Source: Octopus bimaculoides
Lineage: Eukaryota
Reading direction: 5' to 3'
Assembly (NCBI RefSeq): GCF_001194135.2
Contig: NC_069000.1
Location: 40,871,483 to 40,935,482 of the forward strand
Length of the DNA stretch: 64,000 bases
Below are positions 1 through 10,907 of this stretch, one piece after another. The position numbers and the translations under genes were made by a program. Positions within the stretch are counted from its first letter, which is position 1. Each line of letters opens with the position of its first letter. A model generated the notes under the pieces. It did not search any database and was not told where the DNA came from. It was given only the letters and a program-made list of their open reading frames with translations.

Positions 1-236
1 GGCACATAAAAGACACCATTTCGAGCGTGGCCGTTTTCGTGCGGGTGACACGTAAAAGCACCCACTACACTCTCTGAGTGGTTGGCGTTAGGAAGGGCAT
101 CCAGCTGTAGAAACTCTGCCAAATCAGACTGGAGCCTGGTGTTGCCATCCGGTTTCACCAGTCCTCAGTCAAATCGTCCAACCCATGCTAGCATGGAAAG
201 CGGACGTTAAACGATGATGATGATGATGATGATGAT
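1..236 (+). mobile_element. Family C retroposon 3' end with (GAT)n tail
   Basis: GGCGTTAGGAAGGGCATCCAGCTGTAGAAAC...GGACGTTAAAC(GAT)n; the same tail occurs inverted at 5155, 6400, 11545 and 20776. Confidence 0.85.
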
Positions 237-1996
237 ACATTGTTCATGTGTTTTATCTTTCACCTGTTTCAGTCATTGGACTGTGGCCATGCTGTGGCAC
301 CCTGTTGAAGGATTTAGTTAAACAGATTGACCGCAATATTTATTTTTTAAGTCTGGTACTTATTCAATTGGTCTCTTTTGCTGAACTGCTATGTTATGGA
401 AATATAAAGACAAACACACACACACACACAGGACAGGCTCCCTTACAGTTTCCATCTATCAAATTCACTCACAAGGCATTGGTTAGCTTAGGGCTCTTGT
501 AGAAGACACCTGCCCAAAGTGACATGCAGTGGAACTGAACTAAAGTTATTTGGATGCATAGCAAGCATCTTAACCACACGGTGATGCCTGTTAAAAAATA
601 GAAAAAAACTCTAAAATAATGAAATACAACAAATAATTCACAAAATGACTAATTTATTCATTATTAAGCTGGTTTTCAGAATATTTTTTAACAAAAGATT
701 CTAATGCTTTTATTATGGTTTAAATTTTACTATGAATGGGGAGTTCTGTATCATAGAACCCAAAGAGAGGGGGAACTTAGATCGATTGACATGAAAGGAG
801 TTAAACAAGGTGTCATAATTCTCTTTGCTCCAGTTCATTTGTTTGCCTAAACAGAGATATTTAACTTATTTGATTGATTTATCAGCAAGAAAGGCAACCA
901 GCTGCAAAAAAAAAAAGCAACAACAAAAAAACCCCTTCCCTTCCCCCCAAAGCAAAACCATTTATGAAACTATGAAACAAGGATGGAAAACGGCAAAAAT
1001 ACAAAACAAACAAACAATAGTAACCATCAACAATAAACAAAAGCCTTTGAAAAACTTTGGTGCACTGACTCAAGTTTCAGACCACCTGTTTCTCCCGCAC
1101 CTCAGTCATAAACGTTCACATATACTGAATGACATGCTCCACTTGACTGGAAGACAGAATATTGAGTAAGCTTGAGCAAGACTGAAATACAGAGTGTAGT
1201 GGGGATGGGGTGGGGGTGGAGGTTATAAGAATTGTGGTTCCTCTGCTAAGTATTTCATTGGTTTACATTTGAGCCAATGGTCTGCTCAAACAGGGTTGAG
1301 AGAACCTAATTAACAATGACAAAAATATCAAGTTATATAACACCCTGATATTTGAAAAGCAAAGAGTCAATGATGGAACTACTACATGGTTATTCGATTT
1401 GCTAGAAACAGCAGCCAAATCTCTCTCAGATTACACCCTACTATCTTAAATCTTCTATTAAGTTCAATGATGACTATTTCAGTTGTTTAATAAACTGAAC
1501 TACTAACTCAGTGCTTTCTGTGTATGTGGCTGAGTATTCCACAGACTTTTACCTTTGGTGTAATTCTTGGACAGAACCAGTGTGACATAGTGGGCTTCGA
1601 GATAGTTTCTGTCTACCCAATTTCACATATAACACTTTAGTAGAGCAGATCAGCAGGCCAGAGGTTGCACCAGGTTCCATAGTCTGTTTTGGCTTGGTTT
1701 CTACAGTTGGGTGCCCTTTCTAATGCCAACCACTTTCCTGAGTGTACTGGATGCATTTTATGTGGCACCATTACCAGTGATTTTTACAATGGTACCAGCA
1801 CCCATACCAATGCTTCTTTATGTGGCACCTTAGTTTTAAGATATCAATTCTCATGTGGTGGGTGCCTTTGTGAGTACAGCAATGAACTACAGAGGTTATA
1901 AAAAGACTTCCAAGGTACCATTCAGTGGGATTGAATCAAAGTCCTCATGTTTGTGAAGCAAACAACTTAATCACTTAAACATACTTGTATATGAGT

Positions 1997-2315
1997 GTGT
2001 AGAGTGCCGGGCTCACAGTCATGAGGTAGTGAGTTTGATTCCTGAACCAGGCTGTGTGTTGTGTTCTTGAGCAAGACACTTTATTTCACGTTGCTCCAGT
2101 TAACTCAGCTGTAGAAATGAGTTGCAACATCACTGGTGCCAAGCTGTATCGGCCCCTTTGCTTTCCCTTGGATAACATCAGTGGTGTGGAGAGGGGAGGC
2201 CGGTGTGCATGGGCAACTGCTGGCCTTCCATAAACAACCTTGCTGAGACTTGTACCTCGGAGGGGAATATTCTAGATGCAATTCCATGGTCATTCATGAC
2301 CAAAGGGGGTCTTTA
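1997..2315 (+). mobile_element. tRNA-derived SINE (family H)
   Basis: B-box-like GAGTTTGATTCC followed by TTGAGCAAGACACTTTA core-type segment; single copy in this window. Confidence 0.6.
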
Positions 2316-2584
2316 TGTATGTGTACACACACATAAATATATACATACATAGGTGAAGGTGTGACCTAGACACAGGTGTGGTTGTGTGGTTACGAAACTT
2401 GTTTCCCAACCATGTTGTCTTGGGATCATTTTGGGTATCTTCTATTATAGGCCCAGGCCAACCAAAAGCCTTCTGAGTCGGTCAGGTAGATGGAAACTGA
2501 AAGAAACCAGCTGTTTGCATGTGCATGTGTGTGAGTCTTTGTGTATACCTTTGTCTTGACATTGTGTGACAGTTTTAAATTACA

Positions 2585-2715
2585 GCATCTCTGTACATGG
2601 CTTGTACAGCTCTCACCAACCACTTGTATATCCCTAGCTTCTGCATTGACCATCAGATAAGGGAGTGGGGGACCCTGTCAAAGGCTTTGTACATGTCAAC
2701 AAAAACCAGGTACAG
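2585..2715 (-). mobile_element. RTE-type reverse transcriptase fragment
   Basis: FVDMYKAFDRVP...W..QKLG..KWLVRAVQAMY. Confidence 0.75.
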
Positions 2716-3173
2716 AAGTTTATTTTAACTATGCATATATGTCTATATATATGCTTCCAACTACATAGTCCCAGGTTTAGTTCATTTCAAAAATTACTAT
2801 TTTACTGAAATAAATCTGTCTGTCACTACAGAACTTTATGAAAAGTTAGGTGTACATTGATAGCTATGCAGGTGACCAAGAGAAGCTGTGAGCTCTGAAC
2901 TACCCATCTGTCATCACATCTCTCAAGCTGTATAGCCTATTCATCTGTCTATCAAGCAGAACAATCTATTCACCAGGCAATAGGTAAATGAACAGACAGA
3001 GAGTTTGATAGACTGGCTGATAGTTTCATTTTTGACACCCTAAGAGTTTGGCTATGATGGACAGATGGACAAACTGACAGGCTTATGGACAGATTAATTA
3101 AGTAAGATATATGTACTCACAGCTTGTCTTGGCAACCCATGAAACAAAAAAACATCTAAACTTTCACATCATA

Positions 3174-3567
3174 GGCGCAGGAGTGGCTGTGTGGTAAGTA
3201 GCTTGCTTACCAACCACATGGTTCCGGGTTCAGTCCCACTGCGTGGCACCTTGGGCAAGTGTCTTCTACTATAGCCTCGGGCCGACCAAAGGCTTGTAAG
3301 TGGATTTAGTAGACGGAAACTGAAAGAAGCCCGTCGTATATATTTATATGTGTATATATATATATGTGTGTGTTTGTGTGTCTGTGTTTGTCTCGCCAAC
3401 ATCATTTGACAACCGATGCTGGTGTGTTTATGTCCCCGTAACTTAACAGTTCGGCAAAAGAGACCGATAGAATAAGTACTAGGCTTACAAAGAATAAGTC
3501 CTGGGGTCGATTTGCTCGACTAAAGGCGGTGCTCCAGCATGGCCGCAGTCAAATGACTGAAATAAGT
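3174..3567 (+). mobile_element. SINE family B (tRNA-like head, internal (TA)n(TG)n tract)
   Basis: TGGCTGTGTGGTAAG...GGTTCAGTCCCACTGCGTGGCACCTTGGGCAAG head; recurs many times in the window. Confidence 0.9.
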
Positions 3568-4488
3568 TATGAGGAACTACAGTTCTGTGGAGTTGGTATA
3601 CAAAATTTTCAATTCTGACTCCTCTATCTGTTCATAGATTAATCATATATTTCTTATCTTAATTGAAAGCTCACAACATATATGTCCAATGTGAAACATC
3701 ATGTTACCTTTTAGTATCCATACCAGTTAAAAGTTAGGGCATAACCCCTTACGATTCAGATTGCTCTGCCAAATATAAAGCTTACTTGTTCACATTGTCT
3801 TAAATCAATCATACATTACCTCATAGCTTTGAAATTTCAATGATGTGATTGTTTATTTTTAGAATGACATTGTGGGGTGGGTACAACAGGCCAAATCTGG
3901 CCAGACTGAACGTAAAAGAGGTAGAATAATTGAGTTGCTGGATATGGGCAGCTCAAATGTCAAAGAGTTAAAGGCTACAGCTCTGTTGGTGTAGATATTT
4001 TAAAAGTTGCAGACAAAGCATAAGACAAAATTTGAAAAACAATAAAAAAAGTTGAAATAAAACAGCATAAAAGTAATAGATTATAAAAATATTATAAAAG
4101 AAAATCAGGAACCTCTTTGTTACCAGTTCAAAAATCTAAAGAACATTAGGAGTAAAGCTAAGACTGAACACCTAAAGCAAATTAAAACAATGACACTTTA
4201 AAACTATAATTAGATATGTAACCCCTACTTTCTGAGATTAAAGCATTGTTGGAGTATATAGCTGGAATGAATGTAATGTGAATAGTTACATCAAATGAAA
4301 TATAAATTATATTGTAAAAAGGCTGAGGAGTTTATCCTTAGAAAATTTATTAAAGAAAGCTTGAGTCTATTGAAAAAGTGTTAAATCCAAATCCAAAATT
4401 TACAATCATTTGGTTCCTGGAAACAAAACTGCTTTTGCTAGAGCCCTCAACATCTGTTTAGTCAAATTAGTATAACTCATTATATAAC

Positions 4489-4830
4489 GTAGTTGTATTC
4501 TGCCAACTTAACGTGACAGTCCCAATAAGGGAATCATACTACTGCTATTTAGCCCTAGGAAGCTGGACCACTTCCTGTCGGCCTTGACACATTTCCTGTG
4601 TCCTTATGTTTGCGAGGGGGAGACAAACTCCTCCACCCAGCCTAGCCAGCATTCAGGGACATGTTTCTGAGTCTTTGCTCGTCATCAGACTGAAGTAGCA
4701 TGACAGGGCTAAACAGCAGTAGTATATTCCCTTATTGGGACTGTCACGTTAAGTTGGCAGTATACAACTACTTTATCGCATCACTACTGCTTAAGTCTCT
4801 CTGAGAGATTTAGAAATGTATTATTTCTAA
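4489..4830. mobile_element. Inverted-repeat (foldback) element, copy 1, with hammerhead-like core
   Basis: ~68-bp arms (4489-4556 and ~4705-4771) plus a shared hairpin-rich 3' tail; second copy at 10535. Confidence 0.8.
4652..4694 (-). ncRNA. Hammerhead-like motif inside a foldback repeat
   Basis: Minus strand TTCAGT-CTGATGA-C-GAG-CAAAGA-CTC-A-GAAA-CATG-TC-CCTGAA; GUC triplet, palindrome ACATGT, helix I TTCAG/CTGAA; core-adjacent pairs imperfect. Confidence 0.55.
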
Positions 4831-5154
4831 TTTATTATATAACATTTTATAGGAAAGCACATTTTTACCAGCTCCAAGTCCAGTGACACAACAATTGCTT
4901 GCATCACTGACTTCTGAGCAAGGCAAGCAAGTGGCAGACACACAGATAGACTGATGGATGGATGGATGAGAGGATAAGTAGTTCAACAGAGATTGTTAGG
5001 TAGAAAGATAGACAAGCAGAATGATTAGACAGAAAGACACAGATATTCAGTCAGATAGATATTTGGTTACACTGATTCATCGACTGATCGACTGAATGAC
5101 TGTATTGATGGATGAATGAATGGGTAGACAGACAGACAGACAGATAGTTAATCA

Positions 5155-5655
5155 TCATCATCATCATCATCATCGTTTAACGTCCGCTTTCCATGTTAGC
5201 ATGGGTTGGACGATTTGACTGAGGACTGGTGAAACCGGATGGCAACACCAGGCTCCAATCTAAATTTGGCAGAGTTTCTACAGCTGGATGCCCTTCCTAA
5301 CGCCAACCACTCAGAGAGTGTAGTAGGTGCTTTTACGTGTCACCTGCACGAAGGCCAGTCAGGCGATACTGGCAACGGCCACGCTCGAAATGGTGTCTTT
5401 TATGTGCCACCCGCACAAGCCAGTCCAGGGGTACTGGCAACGATCTCGCTCGAAAATCCTACGGGAGCCAGTCAGGTGGTACTGGCAACGGCCACGCTCA
5501 AAATGGTGCATCTTATGTGCCACCCGCACAAGAGCAGTCCAGGGGCACTGGCAACGATCTTACTTGGCTTGCCGGGTCTTCTCACGCACAGCACACTTCC
5601 AAAGGTCTCGGTCAGTAGTCATCGCCTCGGTGAGGCCCAATGTACGAAGGTCTTG
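5155..5655 (-). mobile_element. Family C retroposon with internal tandem subrepeats
   Basis: (ATC)n tail plus repeated GCCAGTC...ACTGGCAACG units. Confidence 0.85.
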
Positions 5656-6030
5656 CCTCACCTTAATCTGAACTGATATCAAGCACTGCATGTATGAACA
5701 AGTTCATAAGCATATATGATTATATATTTGCTTTTCTGAATGTGTGTGTGTGTGTATATGTATGTATTCACCAGTACCCTCACCATCAGCATTCAGTGTG
5801 CATGTATTTGCCTCTGGGCATGCTGGGTAGTGTGGGCATTTGTATTTCTGCTTTTGGATAAGCTTGGTGACATTTCACTGCCCTTGCAGTTTGGCTAAGA
5901 AAAAGACCCCCAATCCTACCCATAGTTGCTAGCATCACCTCCATTACCATCCCCAACAGTACATCTGCTACTTCTTCCTTTAATAAGTTCCTGGCCAAAA
6001 ATACATCATCACATCACCAACAAACGAATT

Positions 6031-6294
6031 AAATATGTAAACAAGAAAAAGCTTGAGAAGAGGACAAGTAAACACAGAAAAAGGACCCTTCATCAGTTGT
6101 CGGCTGTCTATCTACTTCTCATTTCAAGCCCTAAATTCAATTTTAGAATTTATGGGAGCAACAGTCTTTGAAGACTCATAAAGTTGTCATTGAATGCTCA
6201 AAATGAAGAACAGATAGACAGCCGACAACCGATGAAGGGTTCTTTCTCTGTGTTTACTTGTCCTGTTCTCCATTTTTTTCTCGTTTACGTATTT
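6031..6294. repeat. Long imperfect inverted repeat (~90-bp arms)
   Basis: AGGACAAGTAAACACAG...CCCTTCATCAGTTGTCGGCTGTCTATCT mirrored at 6199-6294. Confidence 0.8.
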
Positions 6295-6545
6295 CATGTT
6301 GTTTGAACCGTTGGTGACGTCCTGTACCCATATATGCAGGGATTTTATGGCTGGATGCCCTCCCTAACACCAATCACTCTGCAGAGTGGTCTACACACAC
6401 ATCATCATCATCGTTTAACGTCCGCATTCCATGCTAGCATGGGTTGGACGACTTCACTGAGGACTGGTGAAACCGGATGGCAACACCAGGCTCCAATCTA
6501 AATTTGGCAGAGTTTCTACAGCTGGATGCCCATCCTAACGCCAAC

Positions 6546-6592
<47 letters not shown>

Positions 6593-8267
6593 ACTATATA
6601 AAGTGGGGAGGCATTTAGTAGTCTACTTGACACTCAAGAATTAGTCACTAAATCCCCACTTACATAGCACTGCATTGTCCTGAAAAAGAGAACAAGTTGG
6701 ACAAGATATTCCAAGACAAGCCTAAAAAGATAGGAGGGTTGTGGGGGTCGTGTCTGGAATGCCTCTGAACATAGGTCCGCTTGATCAAGGGTAACCAGAG
6801 TTAGACTACAATAACAACGACAAATATGTGTGTGTATATACACACGTGGCTGTGTGATTAAGAAGTTCAAGGCACTTTGGGCAAGTGTCTCTTCTTTAAC
6901 TATAGCTATGGGACGATCAAAGCCTTGTAAATGAAGCTGGTAGAAGGAAACTGAAAAACGAAATATCGTCCACAGTATGTGCGCGCGCGCGTGCGCGAAT
7001 GTCCGTAAACAAACACCACCACCATACAGACGGTGTTAGCAATTTTTTTAAGGAAACATGCACAGTCTTGGGGAAATTGTAACCTTGCTCAGGAAAAGGA
7101 AAAGGATTGACGACAGGAAGAACTTCTGACCACAGAAAATTTCAATGAATTTCTTTTGATCTATACAAGCATAGGAAATTGAATATTAAATCGATAATAA
7201 CGATGGTTATATATATATACATATATATATAATGTTTTGATTTTGTCGAGTTATATCGAAGGAATGGCTATATATTTTTATATATATATATATACATATA
7301 TTCTTTATAGTTACACTCACATATAATAAACACGTCTACTTGCATACACACACGTGCGTGTACCTACATAACATACATCGAACGGCGTTCTTTCGTTTTG
7401 GCCCGCAGAATGGTTCGAACCAACGGAGAAGCCTTCTTGCAGTCGATCTAATAGTAAAGAAATGGCAGCTACATTCCCTTAAAATAGTACCCGATCGTCC
7501 TCAACAAGGAAAGTCACACTGGACAATCGTAGTCCAAGATACACTAAAAAAAGATAGAAAAGAAGGGTTTGTCATGGTTGAAATGCTCAATCGTCTCTGA
7601 CCTGGAGCCCAGACAGCACCACATATACAAATACACTCATATCTATCTATCTAACTGTCTATGTATCTATCTATGTGTCTATCTATCTATACACATAACA
7701 CAAAGCGTAAACCTCTTCGGTGTCCCGAGAAAATAAATAGAAAGTACTTCGTATGTTGCGTGTTACTTCGATCATGTCTACATTAAAAAAAAAATTATTA
7801 TAATAAATAAATAAATAAATAAATAAACAAAAAGAACAGAGGAAGTTCCGATTGCTTACCGTTATTTCTCTTTTCCTCAGTTTCATTTGAAAGACCAAAT
7901 CGAGCAGAATATAAGAGTTTTAGAAGGAAGAAAACCGATGAATCTTGGAGGGAATATGAACATGGTGTAGAATTTTAGTCATCAGGATTAATTTCCATTG
8001 TAGAAACGTAGCAAAACAAGTAGGTAATTATATACAAATAATATAAATACATATATACATACTTATACCGATACATATATAGTTCTGTGTGTGTGTGTGT
8101 GTGTGTATAAATATATTTGTATATATGTACATGTATGTATATATATTATTATTATTGACTTCAATTATTGGCGTTTAACAAAGTACCATTAGTTGGGAAT
8201 GAAGGGAGGTAACTGTGTCGGTTGAGGAGAATTTTACCTGCTTCCGGTCCGATTGTATTTGTCTCGT

Positions 8268-9115
8268 TTATTGTCTGTGTCTGTAAGTTAAATGCCAGAG
8301 GTATATGGCCTGTGACAACTTATCTTCTGTCGTCTGTAATTGCTAGTAAAGAGCTTGAGGTATACTCATTAGTGGAGGCGCAATGGCCCAGTGGTTAAAG
8401 CAAGCGGACTCGCGGCCATAGGATCGCGGTTTCGATTCCCAGACCGGGCGTTGTGAGTGTTTATTGAGCGAAAACACCTAAAGTTCTACGAGGCTCCGGC
8501 AGGAGATGGTGGCGAACCCTGCTGTATTCTTTCACCACAAATTTCTCTCACTCTTACTTCTTTTATGTTGTGCCTGTAATTCAAACGGTCAGCCTTGTCA
8601 CACTGTGTCACGCTGAATATCCCCTAGAACTACGTTAAGGGTACGCGTGTCTGTGGAGTGCTCAGCCACTTGCACGTTAATTTCACGAGCATGCTGTTCC
8701 GTTGATCGGATCAACTGGAACCCTCGACGTCGTAAGCGACGGAGTGCCAACAACACACTCATTATTAGTTTGTTGTGCGTGATTGCGGTAAAGAACAAGA
8801 GCTTTATTCTCAGTTATTATATTTATTACGGCTAATTGCAGTAAAGAACCAGGTGTATGGTCTCTGGCAACGTATTTATCATCTGTGATTGCAGTCGAGG
8901 ACCAGATGTTACTACATGTCAACTTAACTTATTTATTGTCCGTGATTGCTAGTAAAGTGTCAGAGATCTATTCCCTGTTAATATATTTATTGCGTATGAC
9001 TGCATTAAAGAATCAGAGGTATTCACCTTATTTGTTTGTGACTGTATTAAAGCGCCTGGGCTATACAAGCTGATTATTTATTGTCTATAATCGCAGTAAA
9101 AGGTCTAAGGTATGA
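8268..9115. repeat. Degenerate tandem array of about nine 45-57 bp units, interrupted by a SINE
   Basis: Consensus TTTATTGTCTGTGATTGCAGTAAAGAACCAGAGGTAT recurs near 8268, 8325, 8767, 8821, 8874, 8931, 8985, 9030 and 9076. Confidence 0.75.
8372..8756 (+). mobile_element. tRNA-derived SINE family A, full length
   Basis: Head GGAGGCGCAATGGCCCAGTGG...GGTTTCGATTCC; CAA tail; TSD ACTCATTA (8364-8371 and 8757-8764). Confidence 0.9.
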
Positions 9116-9512
9116 TCCTGTCGGTTGAGTTTCTTGTTTCTTGATGAAGTCATTTGCTTTCACTTACTCTATCAATGTCATCATAATTCATATGGACGTC
9201 TCCATATCATATGTATCTTATCTCATTGATGTAGACGGTGTGAAATATCAGTTGAGTTGCATTCAAGTCTTAGCAAAGTTGACTGTTTTTGTCACTGTGG
9301 CAACAATAAAATAAATCCATAAAATAAATGACTTATTAAGGACTAATCTGTTATATCGTCAAAGTGTATTTGGAGGTAGAAGTTTGTAGTTTGAACGAAA
9401 AAGAAAACAATAGTATTTTAATGGTCATTGTTTGCTAGAAATAGTGAGGGGTTTGGTTAAATTGCGGTTTTTTGTTTTGTTTCGAAAAACTTATTTTAAT
9501 TTCTTGCTGTAC

Positions 9513-9630
9513 AGTGGAATCCGGATGGATATAGAAAGAGGGGTAGGCCTAAGAACTCGTGGCGTAGATCAACACAAAAGGAACTAGAGAAAGGGGGACA
9601 TTCATGGCAGAGTATAAGTACAGAAGCAAG
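9513..9630 (+). mobile_element. RTE-type LINE C-terminal fragment
   Basis: WNPDGYRKRGRPKNSWRRSTQKEL. Confidence 0.7.
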
Positions 9631-10534
9631 AAATTAATAAATATTTATTATTAATATTATTAATAATAATAATATCATTAATATTATTAATAATAACTTA
9701 TTTAATAAATAAGTTAGTCAAAAAAGAAGTTTTCCAGATCTCAACGAATTTCTAAAGTTGATATAGTTGATGTTCAGTTTGATTTTTTTATTATTGACAT
9801 TGAGCAGGAAGGGAGTTCTTGGAAGTGAAGGAATTTTCTTTTTTGTTGCAGTTGTATAGATGAGATTCATTTGGGATGTTGAATGGAGAAAAGATGGCTT
9901 CAGATATCATTGGTTGAAAATGGATATCACTTTCATGTTTTGAGGAGCGGGAATTCTTGTAGTTAGGAAAGAAAAAATAAATATGCCAAAATCTATCAAT
10001 AAGGTAGTGGCTGTCATTTTATTTATTTGTATGTTTATTTGTTAACTAGATTTTTGAGTATTATTCTGATATGGGTCGTCTTTGTGTTTTATAAAGGATC
10101 AACAACTGTTTCCATCTACCAAATCCACTCAAGACTTGGTTTTTCACAAGCTGTATTATAAGAAGCTTGCTCAAAGTGCTAGGCAGTGGGATTGAACCTG
10201 ACACCACATGGTTGGGAAGCAAGCTTCTTAACCACACAGGGACGTCTGTGCCTTTATATTAAAATTAAATAAAATAAAATTTAATTTAAAAATGTCAAAA
10301 ACTTAAAAAGTTGTTACTGCAAGAGTTGGCCCTTCTCTCTCTAAATAAAAAAATAACCACAAAGACAAGAATTGTTGTAAAAGCTGTAGAAATCCATTCA
10401 GAATGCTTCATCTTTCTATTGTAAGAGATTTTACTTGATGTGTAGCCTCAAAGTTGGAATCGTTGCACCATGTAGAGAGAACCTAGTTCTAGTTACTCTA
10501 GTGTCTTCGTCTTTCATGAAACAACAACAATGTA

Positions 10535-10907
10535 GTAGTTGTATGCTGTCAACTTAATGTGACAGTCCCCTGAAGGGAATAATACTACTGTTGGTTAGAC
10601 CTAGGAAGCTGCACCACTTCCTGTCGGTCTTGACACATTTCCTGTGTCCTTATGTTTACAAGGGGGAGACAAGCACCTCTACCCAGCTAAGCCTGCATCC
10701 AGAGACATGTTTCTGAGTCTTTGCTCGTCATAAGGACACAGGAAATGTGTCGAGGCCAACAGGAAGCGGTGCAGCTTCCTCGGTCTAACCAACAGTAGTG
10801 TTATTCCCTTCAGGGGACTGTCACATTAAGTTGACAGCATACAACTACTTCATTGTATCACTACTGCATAAATCTCTCTGAGAGATTTAGAAATGTATTA
10901 TTTCTAA
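10535..10907. mobile_element. Inverted-repeat (foldback) element, copy 2, with longer arms and truncated hammerhead
   Basis: ~115-bp arms; same spacer and tail as 4489-4830. Confidence 0.8.

Noticed and set aside
5239-5676. Three overlapping 93-145 aa ORFs
   Set aside because: They lie within the GC-richer tandem subrepeats of a family C retroposon; no protein motif.
7512-7575. In-frame TGA after Cys (CDFPC*G) as a possible selenocysteine; similar TEC* at 5786
   Set aside because: No resemblance to a selenoprotein family I know, no SECIS identified, and the exon frame is unproven.
7881-8023. Plus-strand exon candidate (strong acceptor at 7880, donor at 8023)
   Set aside because: Stops in all frames and no partner exons found.
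8372-8450. tRNA genes at SINE heads
   Set aside because: A and B boxes are present but run into SINE bodies with tails and TSDs; not functional tRNA genes.
8268-9115. CRISPR-like array
   Set aside because: Eukaryotic context, highly degenerate repeats, irregular short spacers and no cas genes.
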